A stretch of 64,000 nt of DNA, from positions 704,001 to 768,000 of the forward strand of contig CBDCJO010000002.1 of assembly GCA_965217865.1 (NCBI GenBank). The letters are read 5' to 3'. Shown here piece after piece: positions 57,481 to 64,000 of the stretch. The notes below the pieces were generated by a model. That model saw only the letters and a program-made list of their open reading frames with translations, was not told where the DNA came from and ran no database searches. A program made the translations under genes and the position numbers. The DNA comes from Candidatus Latescibacterota bacterium. GTDB lineage: Bacteria; Latescibacterota; UBA2968; SICM01. Each line of letters begins with the position of its first letter. Positions within the stretch are counted from its first letter, which is position 1.

Positions 57481-60276
57481 TCAAACAAAAAAATACCATA
57501 CAAGGGAGACGATCATCCCTGAGCCAAAGGTTAAAAACACCGTGATGCGCGTCCTTTCTCTCCCCCACCTGACAACCCATCCGGGACGGATCAATCCTGC
57601 AATTAACCCGACTGAGGAAACAAAAAACAGGAGGGTGGAAAAACCTGCGATCTCCAGGACCCGCTCATCCGTTTCCTCTTTTTCGGTTTTCCCCGTACGG
57701 AGTCTCATTCTTTTCAGCTCCGGCCCCGGTTTTACCTGCTGCTTCAATGCTTCATATCTTTCCCGTATGGCCACTACTTTGGGATGGTCCTCTCCCAGGG
57801 CCTTTTCTACGATTCCAAGTGCCCGTTTCTGAATGGGTTCCGCTCTGGCAACCTGACCCTGAACTCTGTGGATTTCCCCTAGGTCGTTCAGGGCGGTCCC
57901 GACATCGGGATGGTCCGGTCCAAGGGCCCTTTCTACTAGGATCAGCGATTGATTTAAAAGCGACTCCGCTTCTCCATATTTAGCCTGGGAGTAGTAAACC
58001 CCCGCCAGGTTGGTAAGGGATCTCGACACCGATTGGGGATCCGATTCCCGATTCTTCATCCTTATGTCCAGGGCCCTTTTAAAAAGCTGCTCGGCATCTT
58101 GCAACTTTCCAATCGCTTTATATAACGCCCCCAGATTGCTCAGAGAGGTGGCCACGGTCGGATGATCCTCGCCAAGGGCCTTCTCTTCTATAGATATGGC
58201 CCTCCGGAAAAGAGAGCCGGCTTCCGAATATTCCCCCCGGGTATAATGAAGGGTGGCAAGATTGTTCAGGGAGGTTGCGACTGCGGGATGGTCCGGCCCC
58301 AGAGCCTTCTCCGCGACTTTTAGGGACCGTCTTATCAGAGACTCCGCCTCGGAATACGCGCCTTTTGCGTAATATAGCGAGAGAAGATTGCTCATGGCGG
58401 TCGTCACGTGGGCGTGGCCGGGGCCAAGGGACTTCTCCGCGATGTCCAGGGACCTCCGGAAAAGCGGCTCTGCCTCAGCATAATTTCCCTGTTTAAAATA
58501 GAGCTGCCCCAGGTTGTTCAGCACCCCCCCTACATCCGGATGTTCAGCACCCAGGGCCTTTTTCCTGATGGTCCCCGCCCTCTGGTACAGGGTTACCGCC
58601 TTCGAATAGTCCCCCTGCGAGTCATAAACTTCGGCCAGGTTGTTCAAGGAGTTCGCCACGTGGAGATGATCGGGCCCGAGGGCCTTCTCCCGAATGGCCA
58701 GTGCACGCTCCAAATGGCTTTCGGCTTTCGAATAGTGTCCCTGTTCTTTATAAAGCCCCCCCAGGTTGTTCAGGGCGGTCGCCACATCGAGATGGTGCGG
58801 GCCAAGGGCTTTCTCAGCGATCGCCAATGACCGCACGTAAAGCGGCTCGACCTTCGAGTACTGTCCCCGGGTTCCATAAAGCTCTCCAAGGTTGTTCAGG
58901 CGGGCAACGATATCGGGATGTTCCGGACCAAAAGCCTTCTCAGCGATGGCCAGGGACCTGATGTAAAACCCCTCCGCTTCAGAATACTGATTCCGGGTGA
59001 AGTAAAGTCCCCCAAGATTATCCAGGGCAGTCGCAAGATCGGGATGCTCGGGCCCAAATGCCTTTTCCCAAATCGTCAGCGCTCGCTTTAAATGAGACTC
59101 TCCCCGGGTATATTCGCCGCGGGCGATGAAAAGTTCCCCAAGATCGTTTAGCGAAGCCGCAACCGAAGGATGCCCTGATCCCAGGGATTTCTCGTTTATG
59201 GCCAGCGACCGCTCGTAAAGTAACTCCGCCTCATCATTACGACCCTGAGAAACGTAAAGCCACGCGATATTGCCCAGGGAGGCCCCCACATCGGGATGAT
59301 CCTTTCCCATGGCCTCTTCACGTATGGCCAGCGACCGTCTGTAAAGCGACTCCGCCTCATCATAGTTGCCCCTGGAGCCGTGAAGGTTTCCCAGGCTGTT
59401 CAGCGCGGAAGCGACCGACGGATGGTTCGATCCCATCGCTTTCTCGGCAGTGGCCAGCGATCTCCGGTAAAGCGGCTCAGCCTCGTCATACAGGCCCCGG
59501 GAATAATAAACGCTCGCCAGATTGTTCATGGCCCTCGCGACTGAGACATCTTCCGATCCAAAGGCCTTTTCCATGATGATCAATGCGCGCTTGTAAAGCG
59601 GCTCCACCTTCGAATATTGCCCCAGGGATTTATAAATTTCGGCCAGGCTGTTCAGGGCTCTACCCACATAGGGATGGTCAAGTCCGTGCACCTTCTCGGA
59701 GATGCTCAACGACCGCTTGACAAGGGGCTCGGCTTCTTGATACCGGCCCTGGTTAATATAAAGCTCTACCAGGTTGTTCAGCGAAGTGACAAGAGAAGGA
59801 TGCACGTCCCCCAATAGCTTTTCCCGGCTTGCGAGCACCCGTTTGAAAATCGGCTCGGCCTCGCCGTAACGGCCCTGGGACGTATAAATTTCCCCCAGGT
59901 TGTTCAGGGCGGCGGCGACAAACGAATGGTCGGGCCCGAGGACCTTTTCCAGGATATTCAGCGCACGCTTGATCACGGGCTCGGCCTCGGAATACCGGCC
60001 CTGGATTATGTAAAGCTCCCCCAGGTCGTTCAGGGCGCCCCCTACGTTGGGATGCTCGGGACCGAAAGTCTCCTCGGATCGCTTCACGGCGTCCTCGGCA
60101 ACCCAGGTCCTTCTTTTATATTGACCCTCCTCTTCCTGACCCTCAGGTTCAGGGGATTCCGCTTCTATGGACCGAATGAACCCTTCCCCTCCGGACCCAT
60201 CCCATACGACAGACCACAAAAACAGGAGAGCTATCCCGCAGAAGGCGATTTTAATCTTTTTCCGAAAACGGTTCAC
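57481..60276 (-). CDS. Kinesin-light-chain-type TPR protein with C-terminal TM segments
   Basis: About 18 42-aa repeats LGPDHPxVAxxLNNL; N-terminal hydrophobic segment; two C-terminal hydrophobic helices. Confidence 0.9.
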   Translation of the reverse strand: MNRFRKKIKIAFCGIALLFLWSVVWDGSGGEGFIRSIEAESPEPEGQEEEGQYKRRTWVAEDAVKRSEETFGPEHPNVGGALNDLGELYIIQGRYSEAEPVIKRALNILEKVLGPDHSFVAAALNNLGEIYTSQGRYGEAEPIFKRVLASREKLLGDVHPSLVTSLNNLVELYINQGRYQEAEPLVKRSLSISEKVHGLDHPYVGRALNSLAEIYKSLGQYSKVEPLYKRALIIMEKAFGSEDVSVARAMNNLASVYYSRGLYDEAEPLYRRSLATAEKAMGSNHPSVASALNSLGNLHGSRGNYDEAESLYRRSLAIREEAMGKDHPDVGASLGNIAWLYVSQGRNDEAELLYERSLAINEKSLGSGHPSVAASLNDLGELFIARGEYTRGESHLKRALTIWEKAFGPEHPDLATALDNLGGLYFTRNQYSEAEGFYIRSLAIAEKAFGPEHPDIVARLNNLGELYGTRGQYSKVEPLYVRSLAIAEKALGPHHLDVATALNNLGGLYKEQGHYSKAESHLERALAIREKALGPDHLHVANSLNNLAEVYDSQGDYSKAVTLYQRAGTIRKKALGAEHPDVGGVLNNLGQLYFKQGNYAEAEPLFRRSLDIAEKSLGPGHAHVTTAMSNLLSLYYAKGAYSEAESLIRRSLKVAEKALGPDHPAVATSLNNLATLHYTRGEYSEAGSLFRRAISIEEKALGEDHPTVATSLSNLGALYKAIGKLQDAEQLFKRALDIRMKNRESDPQSVSRSLTNLAGVYYSQAKYGEAESLLNQSLILVERALGPDHPDVGTALNDLGEIHRVQGQVARAEPIQKRALGIVEKALGEDHPKVVAIRERYEALKQQVKPGPELKRMRLRTGKTEKEETDERVLEIAGFSTLLFFVSSVGLIAGLIRPGWVVRWGRERTRITVFLTFGSGMIVSLVWYFFV

Positions 60277-60303
60277 TTTCGAACTCCAGAATGGGAAAGA
60301 ACA

Positions 60304-60808
60304 CCCCTCCCCCGGCCCCTCCCCGAAACGGGGAGGGAGATTATGTGCTTTAAGTTTCGTTAAAATAGAGTGTTATATTCATTCTATTTGGGGAAGCAAC
60401 GTCACCGGCGGGTAAGAACGCTTGATATATCCTTCCTTATCTCTTCATTTTTTATTCTTAAAATTCGCAAACCTCTTCCAGTCAAAATCCGGGATCGTTC
60501 GAGATCATATTCGGCTTGCTCTTCGTGAATCGGGCCATCAACTTCCACAACCAGACCAGCCTTATGACAATAAAAATCTACGATGAATCCGTCAATTACC
60601 TGCTGACGACGGAAATGGAAGTCCCCAAACCGGTTGGCGCGAAGTTGGTCCCGTAGAATACTTTCTTCCTTTGTCATTTCTCTGCGAAGTTCTCTTGAAC
60701 GCTGAACTTTCGTCCTCTCCACCTTCTGCCCGATGACAATATTTTTGCCGACATTGAATAAAAGCCTTAGCCCCCTTCCTGTTTCGGGAAGGGGGTTTGG
60801 GGGTTAGG
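60304..60808. mobile_element. Palindrome-flanked DUF559 element
   Basis: CCCCTCCCCCGGCCCCTCCCCGAAACGGGGAGGG and CCCCCTTCC...GGAAGGGGGTTTGGGGGTTAGG flank the gene. Confidence 0.6.
60402..60754 (-). CDS. DUF559 (Vsr-like) endonuclease, probable -1 frameshift near start
   Basis: RELRREMT...FRRQQVIDGFIVDFYCHKAGLVVEVDGPIH...YDLER. KNIVIGQKV is in frame upstream; ATG 60754 is out of frame by one A. Confidence 0.85.
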
Positions 60809-60847
60809 TTTGACCCTCGGTGGAATTTTATATGTCCGTCACAACTA

Positions 60848-62006
60848 TCACTCAGGACGCTTGAAAATAAAATATCCCTTCTCCGTCTCCACGACCCGGC
60901 TGACCTGCCCGGGCTCCAGACCCTTCACGATTTCCGAAACCGGAGGATCTAAATCCGTGGGGAGGACAAAACCGATGTCATGCCCCGGGAAGGCTTCCCC
61001 ACTCTCCACGCGTGCGATCAGGGCTTCGCCTTCTGCCTGCGATAAGACGACGGCCATCGTCAGCCGGATTTTGCCCGCTTTGTGCGCCTCCACCTCAGCA
61101 TGCTGCTTTCCTTCCACGTCCGCAAGCGCATATTGAAGGGCCTTTACGTGCGGATGGGCCGGCTCGAGCGCCTTCCTCACGATTTCCAAGGCCCGCCTGT
61201 AGAGAGGCACAGCCTCCGCATAACGGCCCTGCATCCGATAGAGGTCCGCCAGGTTGTTCAGGGACCTCGCCACGTAGGGATGGGCCGGTCCCATACCCTT
61301 CTCCACGATGCCCAGGGCACGCTTGAGGAGAGGCTCGACCTCACCATATCGGCCCTGAGCCCGGTAAATGCCCCGCAAGGTTCCCGATAGAGACCGCCAC
61401 GGTGGGATGGTCCGGTCCAAGACCCTTCTCGAGGATCTCAAGGGCTCGTTTGTAGAGTCGTTCCACCTCCCCGTGCTGGCCCCGGTCTCTGTAAAGTCCC
61501 GCCAGGTTGTTCAGGGACCTCGCCAGGGTGGGATGGTCGTCTCCCCGAGACTTCTCCAGGATGCCAATGGCTCGTTTGTAGAGTCGCTCGACCTCCTCGT
61601 GCTTCTGGCCCCGGTGCCTGTAAATCTCCCCCAGGTTGTTCAGGGCGGCGGCGACAAATGCATGGTCGGGCCCGAGGACCTTCTCCAGGATATTCAACGC
61701 CCGCTTGACCAGGGGTTCGGCTTCGGAATACCGGCCCTGGACCATGTAAAGGTCCGCCAGGACATTCAGGGCGCCCCCTACGTTGGCATGGTCTGGGCCT
61801 AAAGTCTCCTCGGATCGCTTAACGGCCTCCTCCGCAACCTGGATCCTTCTTTTAAAGTGCTCCTCCCGACCCCCAAGTTCAGGGGATTCCGCTTCTATGG
61901 ACTGAATGAACCTTTCCCCCCCGGACCGATCCCATTCGATAGACCATAATAAGAGGAGAGCCATACCATAGATAGCGATTTCAATCTTTTGGAGAAAACG
62001 GTTCAC
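60848..62006 (-). CDS. KLC-type TPR protein with C-terminal degenerate parvulin-like domain; +1 frameshift at ~61367
   Basis: CATTTACC versus CATTACC in the paralog joins ORFs 61341..62093 and 60848..61441; GTG start 62006. Confidence 0.82.
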
Positions 62007-62059
62007 TTTCGAACTCCAACAAAAGAACGTGAAGCGTGTCTCGTGAAGCGTGAAGCGGT

Positions 62060-62195
62060 CGATAGGGGCACGATGCATCGTGCCTCTACGCAAATTTTGT
62101 CAGCCCACTCGATTCCCGATTGGGGCGAGGCGATGCCTCGCTCGTGATTCGTCCAGATCCCATCGAAGGGCGAGCACATCGGGTCACCCGACGCA
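62060..62195. repeat. Composite REP-like palindrome cluster, copy C
   Basis: TAGGGGCACGATGCATCGTGCCTCTAC...GTGATTCGTCCAGATCCCATCGAAGGGCG. Confidence 0.78.
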
Positions 62196-62223
62196 TAATC
62201 TTGATGTCTCCATTTTTCATTTT

Positions 62224-63777
62224 TCATTTTCTTCCCCCTTGCCGCTTTCCCTCCACGTCCCCAAGGGCATGTTGAATGGCCTTTACCTGCGGATGGTCCG
62301 GACCCAGGGTCTTTTCATGTATCGCAAGGGCCCGCCTGAAGAGAGGCTCAGCTTCTCCGTATCGACCCTGCGCCAGGTAATGCCCCGCCAGATTGCCCAG
62401 AGAGATCGCCACGGTGGGATGGTCCGGGCCCAGGGACTTCTCGAGGATTTCAAGGGCTCGGTTGAAGAGTCGTTCCACCTCCGCGTGCTGGCCCCGGTCC
62501 TTGTAAAGTCCCGCAAGGTTGTTCAGCGCGGCCGCCACACCCGAATGTTCAGGCCCGAGGGCTTTCTCCCTGATCGCCAGGGCCCGTTTGTATCGTGCCT
62601 CAGCTTTATCGTACTTTCCCTGGGTCCTGTAGAGTTCCGCCAGGTTGTTCAGGGCCGTCGCCACGTGTGGATGTTCCGGGCCAAGACCCTTCCTCACGAT
62701 CTCCAGAGCCCGCTTGTAGAGCGGCTCAGCCTCCGCATAACGACCCTGCATCCGATAGAGGTCCGCCAGGTTGTTCAGGGACCTCGCCACGTGAGGATGG
62801 TCCGGTCCCATACCCTTCTCCACGATGCCCAGGGACCGCCTGAGGAGAGGCTCGACCTCCCCATATCGTCCCTGGGCCCGGTAATGCCCCGCAAGGTTTC
62901 CGAGGGTGATGGCCACTGTGGGATGGTTCGGTCCCATACCCTTCTCGAGGATTTCAAGGGCTCGGTTGTAGAGTCGTTCCACCTCCGCGTGCTGGCCCCG
63001 GTCTCTATAAAGTCCCGCCAGGTTGTTCAGGGCCGTCGCCACGTGGGGATGGCCCTGTCCAAGACCCGCCTTCACGATCTCCAGGGCCCGTTTGTAGAGA
63101 GGCTCGGCTTCATCATAACGGCCCTGGGTCCTGTAAAGTTCGGCCAGGTTGTTCAGGGGCCTCGCCAGGGTGGGATGATCGTCCCCCCGGGCCTTCTCCA
63201 GGATGGCAATAGCCCTTTTGTAGAGTCGTTCGACCTCCCCGTGCCGATCCTGGTCCCTGTAAACTTCCGCCAGGTAGTCCATTGCCTTCGCCACAACGGG
63301 ATGATCAGGCCCCAGGGCTTTCTCTCTGATGGCCAGGACTCGTTTGTATAGGGACTCCGCCTCATCATACTTACCCTGGGTCCTGTAGAGGTCCGCCAGG
63401 TTCTTCAAGGCCGTCCCCACTTGGGGATGGTCGGGCCCGAGGACCTTTTCCAGAATATTCAGCGCGCGCTTGATCAGGGACTCGGCCTCAGAATACCGCC
63501 CCTGGATCGTGTAAAGCTCCGCCAGATTGTTCAGGGCGGACCCTACGTTGGGATGGTTGGGGCCAAAAGTCTCCTCAGATGTCCTCAAAGCCTCTTCGGC
63601 TTCCTGGATCTTCTTTTTAAATTGCTCCCACTTTTCCCCACCCCCCAGTTCAGGGGTTTCCGCTTCTATGGATCGAATGAACCATTCTCCCCCGGACCCA
63701 TCCCATACGATGGACCACAAAAACAGGAGCGCGATACCGCAGAAAGCGATTTTAATCTTTTGGAGAAAACGGTTCAC
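62224..63777 (-). CDS. KLC-type TPR protein
   Basis: About 10 42-aa repeats; N-terminus shared with the two downstream paralogs. Confidence 0.9.
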   Translation of the reverse strand: MNRFLQKIKIAFCGIALLFLWSIVWDGSGGEWFIRSIEAETPELGGGEKWEQFKKKIQEAEEALRTSEETFGPNHPNVGSALNNLAELYTIQGRYSEAESLIKRALNILEKVLGPDHPQVGTALKNLADLYRTQGKYDEAESLYKRVLAIREKALGPDHPVVAKAMDYLAEVYRDQDRHGEVERLYKRAIAILEKARGDDHPTLARPLNNLAELYRTQGRYDEAEPLYKRALEIVKAGLGQGHPHVATALNNLAGLYRDRGQHAEVERLYNRALEILEKGMGPNHPTVAITLGNLAGHYRAQGRYGEVEPLLRRSLGIVEKGMGPDHPHVARSLNNLADLYRMQGRYAEAEPLYKRALEIVRKGLGPEHPHVATALNNLAELYRTQGKYDKAEARYKRALAIREKALGPEHSGVAAALNNLAGLYKDRGQHAEVERLFNRALEILEKSLGPDHPTVAISLGNLAGHYLAQGRYGEAEPLFRRALAIHEKTLGPDHPQVKAIQHALGDVEGKRQGGRK

Positions 63778-63815
63778 TTTCGAACTCCAATATGGGGAAA
63801 GTGCACCCTCCCCGT

Positions 63816-63860
63816 CCTTCGACTTCGTTCCGCAAAAACCGCGGAACTCCGCTCAGGATG
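63816..63860. repeat. Palindromic repeat of the CCTTCGACT...GCTCAGGAT type
   Basis: CCTTCGACTTCGTTCCGCAAAAACCGCGGAACTCCGCTCAGGAT; resembles repeats I associate with GIY-YIG nuclease genes. Confidence 0.45.
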
Positions 63861-64000
63861 TGGTCATTATGGTTTATGATTCCCTTAACGATCGCTGGCT
63901 TTTGCTTCGCTTCCAACCACCTCGATCCCTTGCACTTCCTGCCACTGCCACCTGCTACCGCTTTCCCCTGGCCCCTGACCTTCGACCTTCGACCCCTGCC

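Noticed and set aside
57481-63777. CRISPR-like periodic repeats (CAGGTTGTTCAGGG every 126 nt)
   Set aside because: These are the LNNL codons of 42-aa TPR units in open frames; no cas genes or unique spacers.

Overview
GC-rich bacterial chromosome segment. The protein families (cohesin/dockerin-like EF-hand proteins, T9SS/FlgD-type C-terminal domains, PorV-like barrel, CRTAC1, Minf_1886) suggest an FCB-group candidate phylum such as Latescibacterota; this is inference. It has three parts. (1) About 1.2-16.1 kb is a mostly minus-strand mosaic of intact genes and spliced gene fragments: an SNF2-DUF3883-Dam module, GAF, UvrD, exonuclease, protease and methyltransferase remnants, NhaC, two abutting IS3 elements and a chimeric sensor kinase. 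A sigma54-type promoter points into it. (2) About 16.8-25.8 kb holds two secreted cohesin/dockerin-type proteins, guaA, Minf_1886 and lepA. (3) About 26-64 kb is a co-oriented, roughly 38-kb minus-strand envelope/uptake locus: a TPR paralog array, TonB-dependent receptor, CTD-bearing surface protein, PorV-like barrel, TPR-parvulin, two CRTAC1 proteins, two tandem 1,500-aa degenerate-M28/FtsX fusions, an OPT-like transporter, class IV aminotransferase, 2-hydroxyacid dehydrogenase and a GH-like protein. It is interspersed with REP-like, DUF559-linked and 7-nt periodic repeats. The best candidate for an undescribed system is the M28-like/FtsX + OPT-like module within this locus. Several single-base homopolymer frameshifts probably reflect sequencing error. 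No rRNA, tRNA or CRISPR array was recognised. All family assignments come from motif recognition by eye, not database searches.
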